From positions 1 to 41,792 of the forward strand of contig CAYSNL010000004.1 of assembly GCA_964432435.1 (NCBI GenBank): a stretch of 41,792 nucleotides of DNA, written 5' to 3'. The stretch comes from Candidatus Woesearchaeota archaeon. GTDB lineage: Archaea > Nanobdellota > Nanobdellia > SCGC-AAA011-G17 > JACPIM01. Below the pieces are notes generated by a model that was given only the letters and a program-made list of their open reading frames with translations, made no database searches and had not been told where the DNA came from. The first letter of the stretch is position 1; each line of letters opens with the position of its first letter. Both the position numbers and the translations under genes were made by a program. Shown piece after piece: positions 1-8,809 of the stretch.

Positions 1-170
1 GGCTTATAAGGAGATGTACCAGAACCAATGTCTAGTAATATGCCAGAAGCTAAATGAGAATTTTTCTTGATGTCTTCAGATAATGTAGAAAAATGAAGAT
101 ATATATCACTAGTTATTTTTGGATTTCTTATACTTTCCGGTGTTCTGTCTAAACCTGTCCATTTATCCAT
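1..170 (-). CDS. Class I SAM-dependent methyltransferase, N-terminal part (runs off the window edge; not in ORF track)
   Basis: Manual translation from ATG at 170: MDKWTGLDRTPESIRNPKITSDIYLHFSTLSEDIKKNSHLASGILLDIGSGTSPYK. It contains SAM motif I (LLDIGSG) and starts immediately after the TAG of the upstream GT2. Confidence 0.75.
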   Translation of the reverse strand, partial: MDKWTGLDRTPESIRNPKITSDIYLHFSTLSEDIKKNSHLASGILLDIGSGTSPYK

Positions 171-854
171 CTAGTCTATAAACCTATACTTGATAAGATA
201 GTACATATGTTTGATACCATCTTTCCAAGTTATTTTTTTACCTTCTTTAAATGATCTCGGGATGAATTTTACTGGTATCTCTTGGATTTTATAACCTTTT
301 TTTAATATTTTTGCTGTTATTTCTGGTTCAAAATCAAATCTTCTTGCTCTTAACTTCATATCATTGATTACATTAGACCTAAATACTTTGTAACAGGTTT
401 CCATGTCTGAAATTTTTGAGCCAAATAATGTATTTGTAATAAAAGTTAAAAGTTTATTTCCAAAGTAATGCAAGGTATGCATATCTTTATTAGATAAGGA
501 ATGCATTCTTGTTCCATAAACTACGTGTGTTTTTTCTTCTAATATTGGCTGGATAAGTTTAGGATAGTCTTCTGGATCATACTCTAAATCTGCATCTTGG
601 ATTAAGATTATATCACTGTTTGCAGCTTTTAAACCAGTCCTAATTGCTGCTCCTTTTCCTTGATTTTTATCATGAAGCAGTAAAGTAATAATATTTTCAT
701 CTGCATATTTTTTGAGAATTTTTCTTGATTTATCAGTAGAACAATCATCTACTACTATGATATCTTTTTCTATTTTAGAGATCAGTATTTTATTTAAAAT
801 TTCTTTAATTGTCTTCTCTTCGTTATAAACTGGTACTATTACTGCGGTCTTCAT
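171..854 (-). CDS. Family 2 glycosyltransferase (DPM/polyprenol-phosphate sugar synthase-like)
   Basis: VIVPVYNEE, VVDDCSTD, NQGKGAAIR, IQDADLEYDP, DMETCYK and RFDFEPEIT motifs. Likely start is the ATG at 854 (MKTAVIV), overlapping the upstream gene; the track start is 866. Confidence 0.92.
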   Translation of the reverse strand: MKTAVIVPVYNEEKTIKEILNKILISKIEKDIIVVDDCSTDKSRKILKKYADENIITLLLHDKNQGKGAAIRTGLKAANSDIILIQDADLEYDPEDYPKLIQPILEEKTHVVYGTRMHSLSNKDMHTLHYFGNKLLTFITNTLFGSKISDMETCYKVFRSNVINDMKLRARRFDFEPEITAKILKKGYKIQEIPVKFIPRSFKEGKKITWKDGIKHMYYLIKYRFID

Positions 855-2625
855 TATTGCTTTCACTTTGATTAGATTTTTTAAATGTTTCGTATAATTT
901 ATAGACTATGAATATTGGTGATAATAATGCTATTAAGATGGCTAAATATAGCATTAAATGGGCCAGTATATCAATGCTATTGTCTATTACTCCTTTAGGA
1001 GCATAGCTATCGTAAATCTGGTTTTTTAAAGCCCACCTTACAGGATAAAAAAAGAACATATGAGTTTGGTCTACCAAATTTAAAATTTGTGGTTTTTGCG
1101 AAATTGTGGTTTGATATATTTTAAAATATAGGTTTGATGGGTTTCCATCACCACCACCACTAAAGATAGTTTTAATTGGCTCACCAAATTGTAGAATCAA
1201 TTTCTCCATTGATTCATTTAAGTTTTGATTTACAGAAACCCCACCACAATTGTCAGTTGCACATTCTATAAAGAAGGTTTTTATGTTTTCTTCTTGCATG
1301 CCTAATTTTTTTGTTTCATCAAGCACTGCTGGCAACAAAGAGGCATCAATATAATGTTTATCATTCATAGACCAGGATGTTAGACCAATATAGATCCTAG
1401 AATCCATGATTACTAAAGAATTGTCATCTATTTGTGAATTTGCAAATTTTCTTAGCTGTCCTGTTGGTGATTTGCTAAAAATTGAATCTGAAATAGAATA
1501 TAAGTTTACTATAAGAATTAATAATATTGTTATTGATATTAAATATTGAAATTTTATTTTTTTGGATAACCAGGCTAATGGAATCGCTGCAAAAATTACG
1601 TATAGTGGTGGGATGAAAACAAAATGATTTGAAAGTACAGAGGTTCCTGTCAAAAATATATATGTAAAGATGAATATGGAAATTAACATCAGGTTGTATG
1701 GATATTTCTTTTTAAGAGAAATGAAAAAACCAACTACGCTTAAGAGGAAAATTATTGGATCAAATTTCAAGAAAAAATAAATTATAGTGGTTCTTAAGCC
1801 TTCAAAAAATCTTTCAAAGGAGAAAGAAGGCAAGGTTGCTTGTATGGAAGCAAAGTTTTCCATTCCGATGTCAAAAAATCTAGCAAACATCACATCTGTC
1901 AAGCCCTTTTCTTTAAAAAGTAAATAATTGTAACTAATTAAAGGAAGAAGCAAGAGTAATAAGACTACAATTCCTAGCAGAATATTTTTTTGATTTTGTT
2001 TTTCGATCAATATTTTTCTATTTTCTTTATTATGAAAATAAAATATTACAAAAGCTAATATAAACCCAGGAATTGTTGTTATTGGTATTGATTTAGATAA
2101 TATGGCTAAACCTAAAAATAAAAAAGCCAATATTGAAATTTTATTTTCATTCTTTAGCTTTTCTAAGAAAAAATAAGCAGCTAATATGGTAAAAAATGCA
2201 AAAGTCATGTCCATTTCCATGACTTGGTGTTTTATATGAAATGATGAAATTGCTAGTAAAAAGGAGGAGATAATTGCAATTTTTTTATCAAAAATCAAAT
2301 TTGCTATTAAAAAAACAACTAATACTGTTAAAGAACCAAAAAGTATTGATGTTAACCTTCCGCTTATTAAGGTAACTCCGAATATTCTATAAAAAATGTC
2401 TGCCAAAGCGAACCATAAAGGACTTTGATTTTGATTACTTGTAGCGCCTGTAGATAACCAATTAATTGCATGAGTTCCATAGACTAAATCATCTGCAAAT
2501 GGTTGTATTGTAGCTGCTGCCCAGAGTCTTAAAAGAAAAGCCAAAATTAAGGCAAGAATCAGTAAAATTTTAGTTTTATCTTTATCAAAAAAGAAGTCCA
2601 ATATTATGTCTAATGGTGATTTCAT
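823..2625 (-). CDS. GT-C fold membrane glycosyltransferase (ArnT/PMT, GT39/GT83-like)
   Basis: Multi-TM protein with an acidic first loop (FADDLVY), QSPLWF, GRLTSILFG, LGLAILSK and a C-terminal soluble domain. Located among GT2 and flippase genes. Confidence 0.8.
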   Translation of the reverse strand: MKSPLDIILDFFFDKDKTKILLILALILAFLLRLWAAATIQPFADDLVYGTHAINWLSTGATSNQNQSPLWFALADIFYRIFGVTLISGRLTSILFGSLTVLVVFLIANLIFDKKIAIISSFLLAISSFHIKHQVMEMDMTFAFFTILAAYFFLEKLKNENKISILAFLFLGLAILSKSIPITTIPGFILAFVIFYFHNKENRKILIEKQNQKNILLGIVVLLLLLLPLISYNYLLFKEKGLTDVMFARFFDIGMENFASIQATLPSFSFERFFEGLRTTIIYFFLKFDPIIFLLSVVGFFISLKKKYPYNLMLISIFIFTYIFLTGTSVLSNHFVFIPPLYVIFAAIPLAWLSKKIKFQYLISITILLILIVNLYSISDSIFSKSPTGQLRKFANSQIDDNSLVIMDSRIYIGLTSWSMNDKHYIDASLLPAVLDETKKLGMQEENIKTFFIECATDNCGGVSVNQNLNESMEKLILQFGEPIKTIFSGGGDGNPSNLYFKIYQTTISQKPQILNLVDQTHMFFFYPVRWALKNQIYDSYAPKGVIDNSIDILAHLMLYLAILIALLSPIFIVYKLYETFKKSNQSESNNEDRSNSTSL

Positions 2626-3392
2626 AGTTTGTGATATATTTTTATTTTTTCTGGTAAAAGATCATAGGCTTTAATGATAAAGTTAAGTGGAGAGTATATT
2701 AATCTTAGTCTTATCAAAGCTAAGAACATTTCAAAAGATGCTATTGGTATATTCAATTTAGAACCTATTGTATCATTCCATTCAATGGGAATCTCTTTTA
2801 TTTTATAATTACTTTTTTTCATTAAGTATAACAAATCTATGTCAAAGGCCCATTTTGTAATACCTAAATTAGAGTATATTTTTTTAATTGCCTCTTTTTT
2901 GAATATTTTAGCACCACATTGAGTATCATAAAATTTTAATCCTAAGAGTAGTCTTACTAAAAAATTAAAACACCTACCGGCGATTACCCTCTGTAGAGGC
3001 TGTTTAATGTCTACTATGGCTTCTTTCATCCATCTTGATGCTATTGCACCATCATAACCATTAATATTTTGTATTAATCTATAAAACTCTTTGGGACTTG
3101 TACTATTATCTGCATCAACAAAACCTATTATATTCCCATTTGCAAGTTTAAATCCTTCAATCAGGGCTATACCTTTTCCACCAATTTCTAACCCTTTATA
3201 ACTAACAGAATTATTTTTCTTTGAAAAATCAGAAACAATTTTTACGGTATTATCTTTGCAACCATTTGGTATTACAATTATTTTATAATCATTTTTTAAT
3301 TTTGTATTAAAAAAAGTAGTATAATCTTTTAGTGTCTTCATAATCCTAGTTTCTTCATTATGTGCTGGTATTATGATTGATACTTTTACCAT
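2622..3392 (-). CDS. Family 2 glycosyltransferase (dolichyl-phosphate beta-glucosyltransferase/ALG5-like)
   Basis: SIIIPAHNEE, GKGIALIEG, GFVDADNST, IASRW, DTQCGAKIF and WAFDIDLL motifs. Confidence 0.9.
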   Translation of the reverse strand: MVKVSIIIPAHNEETRIMKTLKDYTTFFNTKLKNDYKIIVIPNGCKDNTVKIVSDFSKKNNSVSYKGLEIGGKGIALIEGFKLANGNIIGFVDADNSTSPKEFYRLIQNINGYDGAIASRWMKEAIVDIKQPLQRVIAGRCFNFLVRLLLGLKFYDTQCGAKIFKKEAIKKIYSNLGITKWAFDIDLLYLMKKSNYKIKEIPIEWNDTIGSKLNIPIASFEMFLALIRLRLIYSPLNFIIKAYDLLPEKIKIYHKL

Positions 3393-4629
3393 TTAGACTT
3401 TTAATAGTATACCCTCCGAGATATAATAATAATATTAGTGTTATTATATTTAAAATAATTACTACTTCCCTAAGTGACGAATGAAACATGTATATCGCTA
3501 TAGTCTCGATTAGATTCAGTAATAACAAGCCATAGATAAAGGAGTATTTATTAACAGAAAGATTATAGAATGCTAAAGTGTAAGATAATGTAAAAAAAGT
3601 CATGGCTAAGCCAAAAAGACCGAGAATGCTAGAAATCGGTAGGTATTCTTTGCCTCCTAACAGAAGAATTACATAGTTTGGCAATAAAAAATAGATTAAT
3701 AATATCGGAAGAGAAATTAAGATTATAAAGATAAGGGATTTTACTAGAACTTTTGAACTAGGTTTGTTAGTTGTAAAAAGCTCTGTTGTTTTTGGGAACA
3801 TTACTAAGACTATTGCGAGAGAAGCAAAATAAACTATTTTTCCTAATAGGGAAGCGGTTGCATAAAAACCAGCTTCTGCTGCTGGAAAATAATGTTTAAC
3901 TAGAAAAAGATCTATTGTGTAAAAAAAAGTAAGCGTTAATAATGCAAATAAAATAGAGTATGAATTACGGTAAATTTCCTTTATGTCCAAGCTTATTTGT
4001 TTTTCCTCTTTTAAATATTTTTTTAATTTATTGTATAACCACAAGAGTGGAAAAATAAAAGATAGAATGATAGCTAGGATTGCTCCATTAACTGCTAGAC
4101 CTATTAAGACCAGGAGTACGCCAAAGATTAATTTTAGAAAGGCTTCCAGAATTATGTTATATCCTAGGATTTTAAACTCTTGCAATCCTTGCAGAGCCCC
4201 TCTTCCAATTGGAATTATGGTTGCTAGGAAAATAAGCGGAGATAAAACCAGGAAATTTATCTTTGGTATATGGAAAAAACTAGATAGTAAAGGTATTAAT
4301 GCTAAATTTAAAATGAAAAAGAGCGCGCTATATTTAACAAATTTGATAGAGCTCTTTCTTAACAAAGCATTAATTTTTTCATATTCTTTTTTAGCCTTGT
4401 ATTGAGAAGTAAATTTTGAAATGACTGTTTGAATCACTAACAAGGGAACACTCATTACATAGATTATTGATAATAGCACACCTAAAACACCGTAATCTAC
4501 TGAACCTAGAACCCTTGCCATGAAAATATGAAATAAAAAAGCAGCTACGTTCCCAAACATAGAAGCACTGACTAAAATAAAATTGTCTCTAAATAGACTA
4601 TCTTTCCTATCAAATAATTCTTTAAACAT
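3358..4629 (-). CDS. Oligosaccharide flippase (Wzx/MATE-like polysaccharide biosynthesis protein)
   Basis: About 12 hydrophobic segments; ARVLGSVDYG, RGALQGLQEF and AGFYATAS motifs typical of Wzx-like flippases. Confidence 0.88.
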   Translation of the reverse strand: MFKELFDRKDSLFRDNFILVSASMFGNVAAFLFHIFMARVLGSVDYGVLGVLLSIIYVMSVPLLVIQTVISKFTSQYKAKKEYEKINALLRKSSIKFVKYSALFFILNLALIPLLSSFFHIPKINFLVLSPLIFLATIIPIGRGALQGLQEFKILGYNIILEAFLKLIFGVLLVLIGLAVNGAILAIILSFIFPLLWLYNKLKKYLKEEKQISLDIKEIYRNSYSILFALLTLTFFYTIDLFLVKHYFPAAEAGFYATASLLGKIVYFASLAIVLVMFPKTTELFTTNKPSSKVLVKSLIFIILISLPILLIYFLLPNYVILLLGGKEYLPISSILGLFGLAMTFFTLSYTLAFYNLSVNKYSFIYGLLLLNLIETIAIYMFHSSLREVVIILNIITLILLLYLGGYTIKSLNGKSINHNTST

Positions 4630-4630
4630 T

Positions 4631-5620
4631 TTATATCAACCAAATTAAACTTGAAATAATTAACATTATGAAAATGAAGGTATATGTAATCTGCTTTTCA
4701 GTAAATTTTGGTTTTATTGTCATTAAATGAATTAATGAATATATCCCATTTGGATATAAAGATTGTATTTTTCCATTTACATAAGTCCCGTAACTCTGTG
4801 CCTTAAATTTACTTCTAGCCTTAAGGAAAAACTCAATTACAAATGGTATTGATATGATTATGGCAGCCCTTTCTATATTCCCCACTATTGCCACAACGGC
4901 AATTGATGCGCCCAAGAGATAAGTTAATGAATCGCCAGGCAGTATTTTTGCTGGAAACTTGTTATAGTAATAAAATGCTATTAATGCGCCAACTATTATT
5001 ATTGAAATGGCTGCTGCTTCAAATCGTATATTGAAATAAGCGTAAAGACCCAGCATGGCAAAATAAATTATACCCATCCCGGTCTCTAGTCCGTTAATAC
5101 CTGCTAGCATGTTTACCATATTAGAGGCACCTACTACACCAATTGGTATTAACAATAAAGGGTACAATAAACCAAAGTCGATTAAACCAAACAACGGAAC
5201 TGATATCTTAGATGTACCGGCATTTATTACCACGAGCGGTATAGCTGCAATTAATGTCAAAAATGGTTTTTGCCACTGTTTTAAACCTATTGACGAATCT
5301 TTTGATTTATGAATAATTACATCATCCATAAAGCCGATAAAGGTTATCAGTAATATAGTGGTTAAAGAAGCAAATATTAATGCAAATTGGGATTGGTCTT
5401 TGTAAATAAATGTCAGGATAAAAATATAGAACATTATACCAACCAAGATACCAGAAATAACTGCTAAACCACCTGAGATTGGTATTAATGGTTTATTCTC
5501 TTTATTTTGATCTTTAACTTGTAAACCAATCTTATTTAGATATCTGATTAGTATTGGAGTAGCGATTAAAGTAACAATGAAACTTAGTACTGGACTTAAG
5601 TATAAAAGTTTAAATGCCAT
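4631..5620 (-). CDS. MraY/GPT-family polyprenyl-phosphate HexNAc-1-phosphate transferase (AglH/ALG7-like)
   Basis: PISGGLAV, GFMDD, NMVNMLAGINGLE and KILPGDSLTYLLG motifs of glycosyltransferase family 4 (MraY-like). Confidence 0.9.
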   Translation of the reverse strand: MAFKLLYLSPVLSFIVTLIATPILIRYLNKIGLQVKDQNKENKPLIPISGGLAVISGILVGIMFYIFILTFIYKDQSQFALIFASLTTILLITFIGFMDDVIIHKSKDSSIGLKQWQKPFLTLIAAIPLVVINAGTSKISVPLFGLIDFGLLYPLLLIPIGVVGASNMVNMLAGINGLETGMGIIYFAMLGLYAYFNIRFEAAAISIIIVGALIAFYYYNKFPAKILPGDSLTYLLGASIAVVAIVGNIERAAIIISIPFVIEFFLKARSKFKAQSYGTYVNGKIQSLYPNGIYSLIHLMTIKPKFTEKQITYTFIFIMLIISSLIWLI

Positions 5621-5644
5621 TACTCAAGTTTTGTAATAACTGCC

Positions 5645-5652
5645 TTTATAAA
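5645..5652 (-). promoter_or_regulatory. Putative TATA box for the GPT-flippase-GT operon (leaderless)
   Basis: TTTATAAA about 25 nt upstream of the ATG at 5620, with no SD sequence. Confidence 0.5.
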
Positions 5653-5659
5653 TTTGTCT

Positions 5660-6541
5660 TTAGAATATTAGTGGTGTTACATACACTTCTAATAGAGCAG
5701 CTACTAATAATAATAAAATAGATAAGATTATTAGATCTGTTGAATCCAGCATTATTTTTCTAAAATATTTTGAGTCTAAATCATGTTTTATTATGGCTAC
5801 TGAGATAATGCCGCCGGCTAATCCGGCCATAAAATAAGCTAAGATTTCAGGAATCCCATGTATTGCATATCTTAACAACCCTAAGGAATATACACCAAAA
5901 TAACTTCCTACTCTTAGGAATCCGTTTTCTACGGCAATTACAGCTATATTAGATCTTATGTAATTACCTATTGCTGTGCCTATAACAGACGCATTCCAGG
6001 TCAAAATAAATATTGCGCCGGCGCCATAGAAAAAAGAAAAGAATATACAGAATAATAATACTTTAACGTTATTAGTAAAAATTTGTAGAAAAATACCACT
6101 TTGATTAAAATTTGTATCAATATTCATATTTGACTGAATAGGTATGCCAAAAATATTCCCGTTAATACTTCTGATAGTCTCTATCTGTGAATGAAACGTA
6201 GATTGCACCATTGTTTCTGGTAATAAAATATACCAAGAAGAAAAAGCTATTACAAAACCAAAAAATAAAAAAATAAAAGCCAATAAAGCCTTTGAATGTG
6301 CTCCTAATAATTTAATCTCGCCTTTAAGATACATTGCTTTTTTTTCTTCAAGTATGTTGGTTCTAAAAACTAAAGGAATAGCCGCCATGACAGTAAGAAA
6401 AACTAAAACTAGGCTAGCTTGATTTTTAAAAATCCATAATCCTAAGAATAAAGCTATAGATGCGTATAAAACACCCAACAAAAAAAGGCTTGTTGGTTTT
6501 CGTTCAGCTCTTTTTGGGCCAAGTAAAGATTCCAAGACCAT
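5660..6541 (-). CDS. Stage II sporulation protein M (SpoIIM)-family membrane protein
   Basis: Multi-TM; IFTNNVKV, ILTWNASVIG and HGIPEILAY..AG motifs; C-terminal AALLEVYVTP. Confidence 0.85.
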   Translation of the reverse strand: MVLESLLGPKRAERKPTSLFLLGVLYASIALFLGLWIFKNQASLVLVFLTVMAAIPLVFRTNILEEKKAMYLKGEIKLLGAHSKALLAFIFLFFGFVIAFSSWYILLPETMVQSTFHSQIETIRSINGNIFGIPIQSNMNIDTNFNQSGIFLQIFTNNVKVLLFCIFFSFFYGAGAIFILTWNASVIGTAIGNYIRSNIAVIAVENGFLRVGSYFGVYSLGLLRYAIHGIPEILAYFMAGLAGGIISVAIIKHDLDSKYFRKIMLDSTDLIILSILLLLVAALLEVYVTPLIF

Positions 6542-6621
6542 TATATTAACTTACTTTATTTTTGTTTATATAGTTTTCGTTGTTATACTTAAAATATGAT
6601 TAATCACAAAATAAAAAAAGT

Positions 6622-6629
6622 TTATATAA
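6622..6629 (+). promoter_or_regulatory. Putative BRE/TATA promoter of the R15P isomerase-RuBisCO operon
   Basis: AAAAAG-TTTATATAAA about 25-30 nt upstream of the ATG at 6652. Confidence 0.55.
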
Positions 6630-6651
6630 ACCTTTAATTTTGATAATTGAT

Positions 6652-7452
6652 ATGAAAGCAAAAGAGGTTTACAGGAAAATTAAAAATTTAGAGATACAAG
6701 GGGCTGAGAGCATTGCTATTGCTGGTGTTAAAGCTCTGTCCTTAAAAGATATTTCTATTAAAAAATTATTAAGTTTGAGGTCAACTGAGCCAATGTTATA
6801 TAATGCTTTGAAATATGCACAAGAAAATGGAGCTAAGAAAACGTTAAATTATATCAAAGAAAGTAAAGAGAAAATAATTAAGTTGGGATATAAAAAAGTA
6901 AAAAAAGTTGTTTTTACTCACTGTCATTCTTCTACCGTAGTTGATACTTTAATTTATGCAAAGAAAAATAGGAAGAAATTTAAAGTTTTTAACACAGAGA
7001 CTAGACCTCTGTTCCAGGGTAGAAAAACTGCGGAAGAGCTTTCAAGTGCTGGAATTAAAGTTACAACTTTTGTTGATTCTGCAGCAAAGGTTTTTATTGA
7101 AAAATCAAAAGTAGTTATGTTGGGAACGGATGCTATTATTACTGATAATAAAGGTAAAATTACCGGTGTTGTAAATAAGATAGGGAGTAGTATGTTTGCC
7201 GAGATTGCTTATGATAACAAGATTCCGGTTTATATACTGGGAAATAGTTGGAAGGTTGCTCCAAAAAAAATGCAAATAGAAGAAAGAGATCTAAAAGAAA
7301 TATGGAAAAGAACCCCAAAAAAGATAAAAATTAAAAATTTAGCGTTTGACATTATTGAACCCAAACATATCACTGGTATTATTACTGAATTAGGGACTTT
7401 AAGCCCTGAAAAATTAGCAAAAAAAGTTGGTGAAAAATATAAATGGACCTAA
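6652..7452 (+). CDS. Ribose-1,5-bisphosphate isomerase (eIF-2B alpha/beta/delta family)
   Basis: IQGAESIA, RSTEPML, THCHSSTV (catalytic Cys), TETRPLFQG, GTDAI (catalytic Asp), NKIGS and FDIIEP motifs. In an operon with RuBisCO. ATG at 6652 preferred over the track TTG at 6640 because of TATA spacing. Confidence 0.9.
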   Translation: MKAKEVYRKIKNLEIQGAESIAIAGVKALSLKDISIKKLLSLRSTEPMLYNALKYAQENGAKKTLNYIKESKEKIIKLGYKKVKKVVFTHCHSSTVVDTLIYAKKNRKKFKVFNTETRPLFQGRKTAEELSSAGIKVTTFVDSAAKVFIEKSKVVMLGTDAIITDNKGKITGVVNKIGSSMFAEIAYDNKIPVYILGNSWKVAPKKMQIEERDLKEIWKRTPKKIKIKNLAFDIIEPKHITGIITELGTLSPEKLAKKVGEKYKWT

Positions 7453-8078
7453 TTTGTTTTGATTTAGACAACACTTTAGTAGACTCCGTTAAAGCACATG
7501 CTAAATCTTACAATAGGGCATTAAAAATATTTGGGTTTAAAACTGTATCACAAAAAGGTTACTTTAGTTTGTTAGGAAGACCCAAGGAAGAACTTATAAA
7601 ATTATTAGTACCAAACGCGAGTAATAAAGTTAGAGAAGAAATAAAAAGATTACATGATAAGTACCTAGCTAATGAATATTACATTTATGCTAGGAGATTT
7701 AACTATTCTCTGAACATATTAAGTTTTTTAAGGAGAAAGAGGTATAAAGTTGTTATTACTTCAAATTGTTCTCGAGATAATATTTATGTTATATTGAAAG
7801 GTACTGGTATTGGTAAAAAATATTTTGACGGTTTAATCGGGAATGATGATGTTAAACGTTCAAAACCGTATCCAGATGAAATATTAAAAGCAGGTAAACT
7901 TTTCAATACCAAACCAAAGTTTGTTGTTGGTGATTCTATCTTTGATATTATTGCTGCTAAGAGAGCTAAAGTAAAGACTATTGCTGTTACTACCGGTTAT
8001 TATAAAACAAAAGAATTAAAAAAGTATAAACCAAATTATATTATTAAAAATTTGAAAGAGTTGGAAAAGATATTATGA
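7443..8078 (+). CDS. HAD-superfamily phosphatase (phosphoglycolate phosphatase/CbbY-like)
   Basis: Motif I FDLDNTLVDS, motif II ITS, motif III KPYPD, motif IV VGDSIFDI. Confidence 0.88.
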   Translation: MDLICFDLDNTLVDSVKAHAKSYNRALKIFGFKTVSQKGYFSLLGRPKEELIKLLVPNASNKVREEIKRLHDKYLANEYYIYARRFNYSLNILSFLRRKRYKVVITSNCSRDNIYVILKGTGIGKKYFDGLIGNDDVKRSKPYPDEILKAGKLFNTKPKFVVGDSIFDIIAAKRAKVKTIAVTTGYYKTKELKKYKPNYIIKNLKELEKIL

Positions 8079-8809
8079 AAATAGGTATTTTTTTAATATT
8101 GGGTTTATTAATTTTAATAAATTTAGTTCTTGCAGATACTTTAAGTAAAGGCGGACAAATTGAGATTGGTGGTAAAAAATTAACTGTCAAGGGAATATCT
8201 CAGGGCTCTGCGGTTATTGATGTTGGTGGTGTTTCTAACATAGTAAAATTGGATGAAGCAAAGACAATAAATGGTGTTAAAGTAAGCGTTAGCAATATAT
8301 TTTATTCTGGTTCTGAAGGAAGCCAAGTTGATGTAACTGCCGAATCGCTCTACGCCTGTGGTGATGGCAATTGTGATGAAAGTGAAACTTCTGATAACTG
8401 TTGTAAAGATTGTGGTTGTAAAAATGAGCTAGAATGTGACGATAATAAATGTAGGGAAAAACCAATTAATAAATGTAATAGTGACGCTGAATGTAATGAC
8501 AATGATCCTAGCACTGAAGATAGGTGTACTGGTTCACCAAAAGAATGTAAGCATATTGGTGGAAAATTATGTGAAAAAAATGATGATTGTAATGATGGGG
8601 ATGAATGTACAAAAGACGAATGTAAAAGCTTTGATTGTTTTAATACAAAAATAGAAGGATGTATTTCTAATAACGCTGTTCAATGGGATAATAATAAAAA
8701 TGAAAGCGAATTAAATAATGTTACTGATGAAAAAAAAGATGATGAGAAAGAGTCTTTTATGAGAAAAATAATTGACTTTTTTAAAAAAATATTTTTTAAA
8801 GGTGATTAA
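8075..8809 (+). CDS. Secreted Cys-rich protein with an N-terminal S-layer-like beta domain
   Basis: Signal peptide (..LVLA/DT). Residues ~22-78 align by eye with an internal S-layer segment in this window. Repeats CGDGNC..CCKDC and C-x-D-x3-[CS]-T-x-D-x-C; C-terminal amphipathic FMRKIIDFFKKIFF. Confidence 0.75.
   Translation: MKIGIFLILGLLILINLVLADTLSKGGQIEIGGKKLTVKGISQGSAVIDVGGVSNIVKLDEAKTINGVKVSVSNIFYSGSEGSQVDVTAESLYACGDGNCDESETSDNCCKDCGCKNELECDDNKCREKPINKCNSDAECNDNDPSTEDRCTGSPKECKHIGGKLCEKNDDCNDGDECTKDECKSFDCFNTKIEGCISNNAVQWDNNKNESELNNVTDEKKDDEKESFMRKIIDFFKKIFFKGD

Noticed and set aside
6640-7452. Annotation as translation factor eIF-2B or methylthioribose-1-phosphate isomerase
   Set aside because: The THCHS and GTDAI catalytic motifs and the operon with form III RuBisCO favour ribose-1,5-bisphosphate isomerase.
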